Assembly (NCBI GenBank): GCA_964016885.1
Contig: OZ024744.1
Location: 49,538,001-49,602,000, forward strand
Origin: Eledone cirrhosa
Lineage: Eukaryota
DNA: 64,000 nt
Reading direction: 5' to 3'
Below the pieces are notes generated by a model. The model was not told the origin of the DNA, made no database searches, and worked only from the letters and a program-made list of their open reading frames with translations. The position numbers were made by a program, and so were the translations under genes. Shown here piece by piece: positions 1-13,460 of the stretch (its first letter is position 1; each line of letters begins with the position of its first letter).

Positions 1-205
1 ATGTTTTCAAGAAACATCTTGATACTCTTCTATCCAGGATCCCAAATGAACACACGGCATGGAATAAAGGTAACTTAAGGGTAGGAACAATGAACTCCCT
101 CCTCCATCAATGGCCAACCAATGCAGGCTGGATACAGAACATGTAGCAACAAGGGCAGTGCCCCAGCTTGGCCTCAGCTGGATGGCTGGAACAGGTAAAA
201 GAGTA
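1..205 (+). mobile_element. CR1-clade LINE 3' end fragment
   Basis: Reads FKKHLDTLLSRIPNE...NSLLHQ, then tail ggatggctggaacaggtaaaagagta; same tail on the CR1 copy at 61340-62765 (-) and at 1445-1632. Confidence 0.75.
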
Positions 206-960
206 TATATACATACATATATGTAAGAAGTTAAAGGCCGAAACTCACTTGAGATTTTCTCTGAAGAACTGCTGCCCAGCTCGCCTGAGAGTTTCTTACT
301 ACTATATGTATATATACATATATATATAAACACAAGTCTTACCTTTAATATATAATCCCCAGGTAACAATAGACACCAATATTTACCATATCTTGAAGAA
401 TGGAACGTTATATAAGCTAAGTTTAGCTTGGGCTACAGGCCGAACTCTTTCATCCAATATTGACCCTTTGACACCTGTCAAAATATAAAAAAAATATATA
501 TGTATGTATGTATATGTGTGAATGTATATACTTATATATATATATATATGCCATCATCATCATTATTGTTGTTTAACATCTATTTTTCATGGGTTAGATG
601 GGTTGTCACATGATGTAAAGTGGTTGCTAAGAGAAAAGGTATCCAGCTATTAAAAGCTTACCAAACAAAGAGTTGGGCGAACCCTTCAGTTGTGTCAAAG
701 ATATGACATTTCCTGTGCACTCAATAGTACAAGATAATAAACCCCTTGGCCTGTCTGGGCGGTAAGTAGCTCAGTTGCAGTACTGACTTGATCTATGTAG
801 AGCTGTCCAACCCTTGCTGATATGAGGCTGTTTATTCTAAAACATATGTTACCGGTGCTTTGACAAAGCAACACCAATGATCAGCCCAGGACATGCTAAT
901 GAAGTGAAACAGCAGGAGTAATTTTAATTTATTCTTCATGTTATTTATGTTCAAAGATAG

Positions 961-1014
961 CTGTCTGATGATATCATAACTGTTGCAAAACAATTATTGA
1001 AATATATATAACAG
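961..1014 (+). ncRNA. Minimal type I hammerhead ribozyme motif
   Basis: CUGU-CUGAUGA-stem II (auaacuguu/aacaauuau)-GAAA-UAUAUA-UA-ACAG; stem I CUGU/ACAG, extendable past one mismatch. Confidence 0.7.
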
Positions 1015-1444
1015 ATATTGTATAATGAATAAATGAAGTAAATTCAAAGGTGTTGACTTGTACATCATTATTAATATTATATGTGTATATTTTTTGTGGG
1101 GGAGGTGGGCAGTAGACTGAGAGACCCCTAGTCTTCATTAAGATCTAAGAGAAGGTCGTGCTGATGTAGACCAATTCCATTTTTTAGGTAAATGCATTTG
1201 ATGTTTAGAGAGTGGGATGGGCTCGGTGCAAAGCCTTTCCTCATTTAAAAAAGCTTCAAGCACAGACATTCCTTGATATCTGACATCTTCTTAAGCATCA
1301 AGTGATAACATTACTCAAAATCAATTGGCTGCCATTATATATATATATATATGTAAATAATAATAAAGCTGAAGACCCCGTTAAGGGTGAAAGATTCTTT
1401 GCTTAAACTTTAATCTGTTATTTTAATAAATATATATATATAAA

Positions 1445-1632
1445 CTCTGCTATCCAAAATCCCAGATGAACCCACAGCATGGAATGAAAGTAACCTAAGG
1501 CGAACAGCAACAAACTCCCTCGTAAATCAATGGCCAGCCAACATTGGCTGGGTATAAAAACTGAAGCAACAAAAGCAATTCCACAGCATGGTCTCAGCTG
1601 CATGACTGGAACAGGCAAAAGAATTAACGAGT
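1445..1632 (+). mobile_element. CR1-clade LINE 3' end fragment
   Basis: Homologous to 25-205 (atccaaaatcccagatgaacccacagcatgg...ggaacaggcaaaagaa). Confidence 0.7.
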
Positions 1633-1664
1633 AATATATATACAAAAATTCCCGACATGGAAGC

Positions 1665-2385
1665 ACAATCTGGAATTAAAATGTCTTAAAGCCAACTTAG
1701 CAAAGACTTAAGTCCAAGTAAGCAGAAAGGAAAACAAGACATTGACCCCCTTATGGAAATGTCCCTGCTTAGTGTGTAGAAATTCCATCCTGTTCCAAAG
1801 GCAAACTATGGGTACACAACAAATGTAGTGGGATCTCAAGTAAGTTAGGTAAGAATGTAGGTTTTACATGTAGTCATTACACAAGTGCAGTAAGCATCAA
1901 TTGAACCCAAGAAACAAGCAATATCAAATTTTTGAAAGATTCTGTGGAAGCAGTTGACAGCTTCTGATACCTGGGTGTTCCAAACGTACAATAACCAGAG
2001 TGAGAACAAGCTGGAAAAAGTTCAGGAAGCTACTACTATTACAAACTACAAACGTTTTTCCCACAAAATGAAGGGCAGATTGTATGATGTATGTATACAA
2101 ACAGCTATGTTGAATGGCAGTGAGACCTGGGCACTGTGTGCAGAGGACCTACAAAGATTGGAAAGAAATGAAGCTGGTATGCTTCGATGGATGTGTAATA
2201 GTAATATACATGAATGGCAAAGCATAAATTAACTGAGAGGGAGACTGGGCACAAGAGGGATCAAATGCAGTGTGTAGGCGAGAAGATTACGTTGGTATGG
2301 ACATGTGATGTGTATGAAGGATGACAGTTGCACAAAAAGAGCAGTCAAAGTCGGTGGAAGCTTTGGAGTGGGAAGGCCCATCAAA
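1665..2385 (+). mobile_element. RTE-clade LINE fragment, decayed 3' part
   Basis: MKGRLYDVCIQTAMLNGSETWALCAEDLQRLERNEAGMLRWMC; frameshifts and stops. Confidence 0.85.
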
Positions 2386-2878
2386 TACATGTTTCCTTGG
2401 GGCTGATTGGATGATATACACACCATCTGATGAGGGTTCAATAAAATCTGCAAACCGATTAACAGGGACATTCGTATTTTCTGGCATCTTTCAGTGCGTA
2501 AAAATGAGACATGTTTATATATTTATACATATTTGTGCAGCCTTGGTTATACAGATATAACTTCATCTTGTTCCCCTCCCTTGCACACTTGCCTGGGTTT
2601 TACAGCTCCTTTTCACTCATCATGTTTCTATGAATATATATGTATATATATATTTCAAGCCTTAAACTAATATAATCCTTCCATATACTGTAGCGTTTGT
2701 GTTGTTATTTCTGTTTACTTTTTACATGCATACATACACACAAACACACACATATATATATAGGAATGTGATGAGTGAAAAAAATGGTGTGTTGAAAAGG
2801 ACCTGTCAAACCCAAGCAATACAGCAGTATATTTGTGTGTGTGTTTATATATATATGTATGCATATATATATATAGTT

Positions 2879-2911
<33 letters not shown>

Positions 2912-3216
2912 AATATTACATAGATTTGACCGATATATTCAGCCTTTCCCCAGACCAATCTTTCATAACCCATCAGTGTAAAACTTGGCACAATGCCCAG
3001 TTAACTCTTCAATATAATAACACATTTCTTGCCTTTTGTTTTGAAAAGCATGCAGCAACCCGCATGATACATATATATATATATATATATACATACATAT
3101 ATATATGTGTGTGTGTATATATATACATAAATATATATCTGTATATATACAATAAATATATATCTATATCTATCTAAACCCATGCTGGAAGATAGACGTT
3201 AAACGTTGATGAAGAT

Positions 3217-3336
<120 letters not shown>

Positions 3337-3689
3337 CTGTATATATATCTATAAATATATATCTGTATGTATATAAGCTTGTTGCTGTGACTTCAAACAA
3401 ATGTTCAAAAAGTACATCCTAGGACACAGAGGGTACACAAAACCAACACTGGATAAGATTCATCATAATTTCTCTTGGTCTCATTCTTTCGCACTTTTTA
3501 TTCAGTTCTGTATGTTTAACCCTCTCCATTTGAAATGTTTTAACTCCACTTCAAATGCCATTTCTCCAGGCCACTATATCTACTGCATATGATTCAAGAT
3601 TTTTGTAGGATATATTAAGGAATCTTAAATTTGTTTTTAGAGCGTCTCTGTATCTCCTCCTTGGTTTACTATTTAACCAACATTATGAC

Positions 3690-4810
3690 TGTATACTAAA
3701 AAGCTGCTAGATGTGATTTATCTTGACTTTGCAAAGGCCTTCAACAAGGTAGATTGTGGAATGATATATAACAAACTACGTAGCTTTGGCATAGTTGGAA
3801 AACTAGGTGAATGGCTTCAAGACTTCTTATAAGACAGAAGCCAGACTGTTGCAGCCAATGGGATCCTCTCAAAGGAAATATCTATCGCAAGTGGCATGCT
3901 CTAGGGAACGATGTATTTGTGGTGGCTCTCTCAGACATGCTTTCTGTAATACAGATAGCCTCCCTCACAAGCTAAGCTGATGACATGAAAGTAGCACAGG
4001 CAATCAAGAAACTGGCTGATGCTGCTCTCTTACAAGATTTAGATGTCAAATATGGATGGAATGAAGGCAACAATATGCAATTTAATGCAGGTGAGTTTCA
4101 AACCCTCTGCTATCAACCCATAAACATATGGCCAAACCACCACAACAAAGATACTCTGGACCAGAAGTAATCAAAATCCCAGAGTCAAAATCAATACAGG
4201 ATCTGGGTACTGAGATGAGTAATTATGCATCCTTTCATGCACATATCACCAAAATAATGGCAATGTCCAGACGGTTGGTGGGTTGGATTCTGAGGTCATT
4301 CAGAACAAGAGGTGTGGAAACCATGTTGGTCCTCTAGAGTACTTTCGTCCTCAATCAACTGGACTATCGTTCACAGCTGAGGTTGTTCCACAGTGACAAA
4401 CTAACTGCAGAACTTGAAGCAATCCAACAAAGCTACACCAAGAAAGAGATGAACTGCTGGGAGAGACTGAAAAATATTAAAGCTTTACTTGCTGGAGCGA
4501 AGACAGAAGAGATACACAGTGATATATGTATGGAAGATCCTGGAAGGGTTAGCACCAGCCTTCGGTATAGAAGGTAGGATCAGCCCATGAATAGGATGCT
4601 ATTGTATAGTCCCAAATGTCCCATCCATTGCATCAAGTATAAGGACCACATACTTCAATAGTCTGGGGTTCAAGGGACTCAAAATCTGAGCGATCTACAT
4701 GGTGAGCATGATGTTTTCAAGAGACATTTCAACATACTACTGACCAAGATCCTGGATGAACCCTCAGCAAAAGGTGAAAAACAAATAAGAGAAGCAGCAA
4801 CAAACTGATA
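3690..4810 (+). mobile_element. CR1-clade LINE reverse transcriptase fragment, decayed
   Basis: DVIYLDFAKAFNKVD near 3710, YADD-like (taa gct gat gac) near 3973, RLVGWILRSFRTR. Confidence 0.85.
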
Positions 4811-5128
4811 GTGTAGGACAGAACAAAGGAGAGACACACAATAACAAATTGGTTACTGCGGAGGTAACAGAATGTGTGACGAAGGAACTTTGACAATAAA
4901 TAAACAACCATCCAGTTATTAAACCAATCAACTGGAAAGTTGTAATAAATCAAAGAGAAAAACTAACAGGTGTGTGTGTTTTTTATTGGCAGCATGACCC
5001 TCCCAAATATTAACAATATCTGTTTCAACACATATTTTCAGATAAGAAATCTTGTAAACAGATACAAAAACAAAGTATATAAATATACATAGATATATAT
5101 GTATATACATATATAAATATATGTGTCT

Positions 5129-5159
<31 letters not shown>

Positions 5160-5169
5160 ATAATAATTG

Positions 5170-5357
5170 TTTCTACTATTGGCACAAGGCCAGCAATTAC
5201 CCAGTACATTACTGGTACTTTATTTTATCGACCCCCGTAAGGATGAAAGGCAAAGTTAACCTCAGCAGGATTTGAACTTAGAATGGCAAGGGCCGTCACT
5301 CTATGCGTCAAAGCATGGCGTCTGACCCTCTACCGATACTGCCAATTCACCACACCA
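5170..5357 (-). mobile_element. SINE family B copy
   Basis: Minus strand gttcaaatcc B-box followed by gaggttaactttgcctttcatcc...gtcgataaaataaagtaccag; repeated at 19575, 27595, 29370, 51113, 51821. Confidence 0.75.
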
Positions 5358-5510
5358 TTTGCACAAATATATATATATATTAATAATACAAGGACGAATG
5401 GTTACTCCTTCATTATGTTTATTGGTTGGTGACGAGCGTTTTGCTACTGATATATATATATACATATTTATTGGCAACATGACCCTCCCAAAGTATAACA
5501 ATATATATAT

Positions 5511-5846
5511 GGAGGCACATGGCTTAGTGGTTAGAGCATTGACCTTGCAATCAAAAGGTTGTGAGTTCAATTCTCAGACCGGGTGATGTGTTGTTTCTTT
5601 GAGCAAGACACTTTATTTCACATTGCTCCAGTTTACTCAGCTGTAGAAATGAGATGATAGGGACTGGTGTCCCTATCATTCCACTGCAAAGTGGTCGTGG
5701 AGGTGCCACGGCAAAAAAAGCACCCAGCACTCACTGTAAATGAGGTTGGTGTTAGGAAGGGCATCCAGCTGTAGAAATCAAGCCAGCATCAGTTCCCGTC
5801 CCACCCTTGCAAGCAGGGAAAAAGCGGACGTAAAATGAAATGATGA
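5511..5846 (+). mobile_element. tRNA-derived SINE family A, full length
   Basis: A-box TGGCTTAGTGG, B-box GTTCAATTC, central ccttgagcaagacacttta, RTE-like tail cccgtcccacccttgcaagc; five full-length copies plus one partial in the window. Confidence 0.9.
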
Positions 5847-6142
5847 AGTGATATATATGTATATATATATATATGTATATATATATGTATATATATATGT
5901 ATTTTTATCTTTTTTATTCTATATTCTATATTCTATTCTATATATATACATATATATACACACACACATATATATATATAACAAACTACGTAGCTTTGGC
6001 ATAGTTGGAAAACTAGGTGAATGGCTTCATGACTTCTTATAAGACAGAAGCCATATGTGTGAGTATATATATATATATACACACACATATGTTGTCATGC
6101 CGAATGATTGATGCAGCAGCCTTATGATCAACAGCTAATAGG

Positions 6143-7120
6143 CTAAAAGAGATGCACTAGATAGAGGAAACTATAGAGGTATAAAACTGATAAAACAGAA
6201 AGAGTCATAGCACAGTTGATTAAGGAGAGGGTATATCTAGACAAAATGCAGTTTTGATTTGTGCCAGGCAAAAGCACCACTGATGCCTTCTTCCTGGTGA
6301 AGCCGCTACAGGAAAAGTACCTAACTAAGAGTAAGCTTTCAACAGTGTGCCCTGTGCCATAATCTGGTGGGTTCTGAGAAAACAAGGAGTAGATGATGGC
6401 TTGTGTAGGCTGTACAAGCCATATATATAGGAGCATTCAGCAAAGTTAGGATTAACAATGACTATAGTGAGGAATTAAGCATGCAGGTTGGCGTCCATCA
6501 GAGCTCTGTTCTTAGCCCTCTCCTGTTTATTATTATACTGCAAGCTATAACAGAGGAGTTTAAGACCGGCTGCCCATGAGAACTCCTGTACACAGATGAT
6601 CTTACACTTTTAGCTGATTCAATGGTGAAACTAGAGAAGAAATTCCAAACATGGAAGCGGGGCCTAGAAACTTAAAGTCAACCTGACACTAAAAGAGAAA
6701 ATGGAGCCCTGATCCCCTCTGGGAAATGGCCTTGCTCAGTGTGTAGGAAAAGAGTAGGTAGAATTTCCATCCTCTATGTGTACACAAGAGATATAGTGGC
6801 ATCTAGGGAAGTTTAGCTAAGAATGTAGGTTTTACATGTTAGCAGTTGCACCAGAGCAGTAAGCAGCAAATGACCACAGGAAACAAGCACTACCAAACTC
6901 TGGGAAGGTTTAATAGAAGCAGTAGACAGCTTCTGCTACCTGGGTGACCAAATTAGTAGTGGAAGTGGGTGCTCTGGAAGTACGGTAACAAGAGTGAGGA
7001 TGGAATGGAAGAAGTTCAGGAAGCTACTACCACTGTTAGCTACAAAAGGCTTTTCTCTCAAAATGAAAGGCAAACTGTATGATGCGTGCATACGAACAGT
7101 AATGTTACATGGGTGTTGTG
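6143..7120 (+). mobile_element. RTE-clade LINE RT fragment, decayed
   Basis: DALDRGNYRGIKLI, VGVHQSSVLSPLLF, LLYTDDL and LYDACIR motifs. Confidence 0.85.
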
Positions 7121-7129
7121 TGCAGAACT

Positions 7130-7335
7130 TACTCCATTAGTTTATTCCTCTATAGTTGCTTCTTTATAGGTCATCACCTTTGCCCTTGTAGCAATTTATG
7201 ATTGGACTGCTGTGTCAGTACTTGGGTGTGATACCATCCTGTATTACCTGATTGATTTTGTGGGCTACTAGTTTGATTCCTACTTTTCCCCGATGTTTTT
7301 AGCATCTCAGCAGTTATCTCTGAAGGTCCTGTAGC
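7130..7335 (-). mobile_element. RTE-clade LINE fragment
   Basis: ATGPSEITAEMLKTSG on minus, followed by NCYKGKGD-like sequence. Confidence 0.75.
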
Positions 7336-7809
7336 TTCTGTCCTACAGAAACATGATGGTGTAGGACAGAACATAGCAGAGACACAAAATAACAAAGTTT
7401 GTCACTGAGGAGGTTACAGAATGTATGAACAAAGATCTTTGACAATAAACAACAAAAAACCATCCGGTTATTAAACTATCTAACTGGAAGTTTATAATAA
7501 TAAATTGAAGTGAATTCCTACAGGTGTGTGTGTGTTTTTAATGAGCATGATCCTCTCAAAGTATAACAATACCTGTTTTAACAGACGTTTTTAGATGAGA
7601 AAACTTGCAAAACAAATATAAAAACGAAGTACACACACACGTACACACACATATATATATATATATATACACGTGAGTATTTAAATTTAAGTATTTATAT
7701 CTATCTATATATATGAGTATGTGACTGTCTATCGATCTAATCTTTCTCTCTCTCCCTCTATTCCCATGATTAGTGGTCTCCTCAGTCTCAGCACTGCAGG
7801 GTTTATATA

Positions 7810-8600
7810 TCATCATCATCATCATCATCATTTTATGTCCGCTTTTCCCTGCTTACAAGGGTGGGATGGGTCTTATTAAGCACAGCATCTCTCCATTCGT
7901 CACGGTTTTTCATCATCTCCTCCACGAGCTTCAGCGATCTGAGGTCTGCTCTCATCACCTCCGCCCATGTTTTTTATGGTCTTCCTCGACTGCGTCTTCC
8001 TTCCACAGGGATTTCTTGGCACTTCTTAACCCAGCAGTCATCCTCCATGTGCATCACATGACCATACCAACGCAGTCTTCTCTCCCACACACTACAGCCT
8101 ATCCCTCTTATACACAGTTTCTTTCTCAACTTGTCTATGCTTGGTCGTTCACACACATTGACATTGCACAACCAACAGAGCATGCTTGCTTCATTTCTCT
8201 CCAGCCATCACATATCTACCATGCAGCATTGCACATTTCACACAGTCATCATATAACTGGCCTTTCGTACGCAGAGAGAAACCCTTCTTTGTCAACAGAG
8301 GAAGCAATTCCCTAAACTTCTTCCAACCTGTCCTTATTCTGGATAATATGGCCTTGGAACACCCTCTTCCCTTACTAATCTGATCACCTAGGTATCGGAA
8401 GCTATCAACCACCTCTACAGGTCCTACCTGCATTTGAAAAATGTGTCTATCACTACGACTTCTACAGTCAAATTTCCCGGTACATCTACTGCATATATAG
8501 TTTTCTCTACCTGTTAGCTTGCCTGCTATCCCACTACATCTCTTGTGTACCCAAGATCTGCATTGTGTACATTTTACAGAAATTATGCCAACATTTTCCT
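7810..8600 (-). mobile_element. RTE-clade LINE 3' fragment
   Basis: VVDSFRYLGDQI...WKKFRELLPLL, RRLRWYGHVMHM...RGRP; (GAT)n tail. Confidence 0.9.
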
Positions 8601-8793
8601 AATGAGGTTGGTGTTAAGTAGGGCATCCAGCTGTAGAAATCAAGCCAGAATCGGTTCCCGTATGAGCAAGACAAGGTCAGCCAACTGGACACTGCCCACA
8701 TCAGGACAACCCGTCTAACCCACGCTAGCGTGGAAGAACGGACATAAAACGGTGATGATGATGATATGTATGTATATATATATGTATGTATGT

Positions 8794-8828
<35 letters not shown>

Positions 8829-9532
8829 CATCATCATCATCGTTTAACATCTATCTTCCACGCTAGCATGGTTTAGACGGTTTTGTTCCATTTGATGAAG
8901 GAATGGTCAAAAGACCGTGTCTTGCTCGTACAGAAGTGTCTCTAGCAGGTTTTCTACTGCTGGATGCCCTACCTAATACCAACCACCTTTACAGTGTGGA
9001 CAGGGAGTCTTTTTACCATATCTCCGACATGACCACTTTACAGTGTGGACTGGGTGCTTTTTGTTGTGTCATTGACACAGTGGACGGAAATGGGAGGATG
9101 GGGTAGGGTGTGTGGGGTGGGGGTGTACAGTGGGGACTGTTGTATCATCGACACAGTGGACGGAACAGGAAAGGGGGAATGGGGTAGGTGTGGGGGGTGG
9201 AGTGTACATTGGGTTAAGAGGTGCCTACTGACTGTAGGTTTGTATGTAATGGCAATCAGGTCTTCTGTACAACTGCATGGCACCAAAGATCTCAGTCCAG
9301 TGACATTGTCTTAGAGAGGTGTAGGTGGGCAAGGTCAGTTTTTATCCCCTCATCCCAGGTTTTTCTTGGTCTACCCACTCCATAGCTTCCATCAATTTTC
9401 ATTGCTCTGCACTTTTGTATACAGCTGTCATCCTTCATACGCATCACATGTCCATACCAACGTAATCTCCTCTCCAGAACTCAACATTTGATAACTCTTA
9501 TCTTAGTCTCTCTCTTAATTCGTTTATGCTTC
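8829..9532 (-). mobile_element. RTE-clade LINE 3' end with long 3' UTR
   Basis: Reverse complement of the 30240-30873 type; tail-to-tail with a plus-strand tail fragment at 8600-8765. Confidence 0.8.
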
Positions 9533-9546
9533 GCATATATATATAT

Positions 9547-10223
9547 ATTACTTCAAAATATTAATAAATATAGACATTCACATGATCAAATATATTTTAT
9601 TATACATATTTCAGAGGTACTGAGCTATTTCAACAGTATGTCCTCATCAGATAAAATAAGTTGATGCCTGACATACCTTGACTATCTGCAATAATGAGGT
9701 ATGAAGATATTATTATTATTTAAATTTTTAACAGTTATATAAGTTTATCATCATCATCATCATCATCACCGTTTTACGTCCGTTCTTCCACGCTAGCATG
9801 GGTTAGACGGGTTGTCCTGTTGTGTGCAGTGTCTGGTCGGCTGACCATGCCTTGCTCATACAAGAACTGATCTGGCTTGATTTCTACAGCTGGATGCCCT
9901 TCCTAACACCAACCTCATTTACAGTGAGTGCTATTATATATTATTAATTATTTATATATCTTTATACACATTCTCATATGCACCCTCTGTATTATATGTA
10001 ATTTTTCATATTTCAACTTAAGGTATATAAATATTGAGTTTTGTCATAACTAATCACTGCCATGACTAAATTATAAGCATCAACATAGGTATGTCAAGCA
10101 TCAACTTATTTTATCTGATTAGGACGTACTGTTGAAATAGTATCTCTGAAATATGTATAATAAAATATATATAAAAAATATTGATTACATGAATGTCTAT
10201 ATTTATTAATATTTTGAAGTAAT
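9547..10223. repeat. Spaced inverted repeat with a hammerhead motif in each arm
   Basis: About 9547-9678 is the diverged reverse complement of about 10087-10223; the spacer holds an RTE/SINE tail fragment. Confidence 0.85.
9594..9657 (-). ncRNA. Minimal type I hammerhead ribozyme motif
   Basis: AUUUUAU-CUGAUGA-stem II (gga..uacug/cagua..ucu)-GAAA-UAUGUA-UA-AUAAAAU; 7-bp stem I; mirror copy at 10108-10166 has CUGAUUA. Confidence 0.75.
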
Positions 10224-10338
10224 ATTAATAAGTCCAGAAAACCTTCCTGTAGAGAGCTTCTAATCTATCGTGAAACTTTATTCATTGATGAATTCATTGA
10301 ACCTTGTTAAACTTTTAATTATATATATATATATATAC

Positions 10339-11330
10339 ATATTGTTATACTTGGGGAGGGTCATATTTGTGTAATATTGCCAGAATTAATAACAGAACAC
10401 ACTCACTGTTTGGTTTGGTTGGTTTTCGCTTTTCACTTCTTTGTCTTTTATATCGGTAATCTAATTTATTCGGTCCTCAATGTTGCCATTGACTGATCAA
10501 CGGTCAAAAATACAGATACAATATAGACACAAACACATATATATAGTTTATCAAAGTACTTTCATTGCACATCTGCAACATCGTCAGTGGTACTATTGTT
10601 TCCTCCCATTGCATTGTATTTTCTACGCCATCTTTATTTAGTCTGTTTATATATTTATTTATTTGTTTATTTTATTTTGTCTTTTTTGCGCATGCGTTTG
10701 CGTGTGTGTATAGTGTTTTGTTTGATGTGTGTTTGTGATTGGGTGACTGTGTATTGGTTAATGTATTCTATCTTTACTAGTGTGTGTTTATATGTGTTTG
10801 TTGTTATTGTGCTTGTGTATGTATTAATTTATTTATTTATCTATTTATTTATTATTTATACTTCTCTTAGGTCAGTGTTGTTTGTTTGGGTGTTGTTATT
10901 CCATTCATTTTTTCTGTTTAGCCTTGGCCTTCTAAGTTCTATTTCACTGGCCTCTCTGATTTGCCTATCTGCTGGGTCATTTCTATGTTTAGATATTCTA
11001 ATTTCTATGTTGTCTATGTTACCGTCGTGTTGTTGTCTGGCATGTTCGTATAGTACTGAACCGTTTTTTCGTCCTTTTAGTTCCCCCCCTCCCCCCAGTG
11101 TTGGTCTATCCTTTCACCTATGCTACGAGCTGTCTTACCTATGTATGTTGTTGTCATGTTTCTGCAAGTACCCTCTGTACATCTTATGCTATAGACTACG
11201 TTTCTAGTTTTACAGTTTATTAATTCTGGCAATATTACACAAATATGACCCTCCCCAAGTATAACAATATTTGTTTCGACACACGATTTCATATCAAAAA
11301 CCTCGCAAAACTAATTCATCACCGTTATAT
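10339..11330 (-). mobile_element. Penelope-like retroelement 3' fragment (GIY-YIG endonuclease) with inverted flanks
   Basis: INCKTRNVVYSIRCTEGTC...TYIGKTARSIGERIDQH...DRQIREASEIELRRPRLN at about 10890-11225; 10339-10391 is the inverse of 11219-11270. Confidence 0.85.
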
Positions 11331-11356
11331 ATACATATATATATATATATATATAC

Positions 11357-11441
<85 letters not shown>

Positions 11442-11456
11442 ATGTATATATATATA

Positions 11457-12591
11457 TCTGTATATATATAAAATTAAGTATGTGTGTGTGTCTGTGTGTC
11501 TGTGTATTACCTATAGGGGCCTATATCTTATGACCAATTTTCATGAAACTTTACAGGTTCTTAGAGAAGTCATCGGGGAGTGTTTTCTATATATCAACGT
11601 ATCGTTTTTTTTTTATTCCGGGGTCATTCTGCAGATAAAAAGCTATAGAGAGGGGGGGGGGGTCACCTTTTTAGGTATCGAAAAATAAGATTTTTGGCTC
11701 TAGCTCCCACATTTTGCCACCGCTTTCGTTCAAATTTTAAAGCAAAATAGAATTTATCATTACACATCCTGTAATGGCTTTATATTTTGCATTTGTTGTT
11801 CAGGGACAGCGTGGCAGCCGCTTAAATATTTAAAAATATCACTTTTAGACTCAAATTTCCACCTTTTTAGCTCTAGCTCCTACATTAATCAACCTACTTT
11901 GTTCAAATTTTACACTACGCTAGATCTGATTATTTCACGTCTTAAAGTGGCTTTACATTTTGTATTATTTGTTCAGGAATGGCGTGGCAGCCGTTTAAAT
12001 ATTCGAAAATACCACCTTTTCGCTCAAATTTCTGCCTTTACGGCTCTAGCTCCCACATTTTAAAACCAATTTCGTTCAAATTCGAAACTTCGGCTCCACC
12101 TCACACATAAATCAATTTATTTGGTTCAACTTTTATACTACGATAGAACCTATCATTAGCTCCCACATTTTTCAACCGATTTTGTTCAAATTCGAAACTT
12201 CGGCTCCACTTCACACATAAATCAATTTATTTGGTTCAACTTTTAATCTACGATAGAACCTACCATTGCACATCTTATAGATGGTCAAAGGCAAAACGAT
12301 GGCCACTGACGTCGTCTGAGCTTTTAGTTGTGTATTTGAGAATTCATCGGTTTCCAATCAAGAAGCGTGAGGAAATTTGGCTTAGTGTTAGAGATCACTA
12401 CCTCCCTTCCCCAGCATGCCCCTTCGCCAGTCACCCACGTTTCTCAGTAATAGAGGTCATCACCACCCTCCCCCGCAAGGCCTGTGTGTGGCCATAGATG
12501 AGTCATCGAGAAGCAGTCGCTAAGATCAACACCTTTTCATCAAAGCAGATATTATTTTACTTACCCAAGCAATGCTGGGTACTGCTGCTAG
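11457..12591 (+). mobile_element. Non-autonomous Helitron
   Basis: 5' TC(tgtatatatataaaa), 3' hairpin acccaagcaatgctgggt then CTAG, inserted between A and T; internal 110-175 bp tandem repeats at 11690-12270. Confidence 0.8.
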
Positions 12592-12654
12592 TATATATAT
12601 ATATTCACATATATAAATACATGTATACATATATACATATATATACATATATAA

Positions 12655-13460
12655 AACCATCGGCAAGATACTGCAGAAACAATACTGCTCTGTTTTCAGC
12701 AATCCTGATATGGCCGATCTAGGCTGTATCAGTGATATTAACCCCCAACACACTATATCAGACATAACGTCTGGCGCCCTTGATGCCTTAGTGGAAATAA
12801 ACGAAATTAAACACAATTCAGCAGTAGGCCCCGACAGGTTCCCTGCTTGTGTCCTGAAGGTGTGTCGACACCAACTTGCATCTCCTCTTGCTAATCTGTG
12901 GAGGAACTCACTGGATATTGGCTATATTCCTGAAAACTTTCTGTCCCAGTCTTCAAAAAGGGAAATAAGTCCCTTGCAGTGAACTACCGTCCGATCTCAC
13001 TCACCTCTCATATTATCAAGGTATTTGAGAGGGTGGTGAGATCATGAATAACCCACTTTCTTGAAAGCAACGGCCTGCTGAACTCCAACCAACATGAGTT
13101 CCATAATGGAAGGGACTGTCTAATGCAGCTCCTGCATCACTTTGATGATGTTTTGAGAGCCCTGGGAAAGGGCTCCAACACTGATGTCATCTAACTTGAT
13201 TTCAGCAAGGCCTTTGACAGGGTTGATCATAAGATTCTACTGAAAAAACTATCCAATATTGGTGTCTCTAGAAAGTTACTACAGTGGATCAAATGATTCC
13301 TGACAGACAGAACCTAACATGTAGTCGAAGGAGTAAAATCAAGCCCTGCCAAAGTCAGCAGTGGCGTACCACAAGGCACTGTGTTGGGCCCACTTCTTTT
13401 CATCATCTACATTAATGACATTACTGACATCATCAAGCACACCAACATAAGAATGTTCAG
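12655..13460 (+). mobile_element. CR1-clade LINE RT fragment
   Basis: [63 protein letters not shown]. Confidence 0.92.

Noticed and set aside
690-767. 72-nt open segment ending in a perfect GTAAGT donor
   Set aside because: Weak acceptor, SINE-tail-like surroundings, unrecognised peptide
5511-5582. tRNA-like sequence
   Set aside because: SINE head; acceptor stem is not closed and it continues into the SINE body in all copies
10587-11207. 206-aa hydrophobic ORF on plus
   Set aside because: Antisense of an A-rich Penelope fragment
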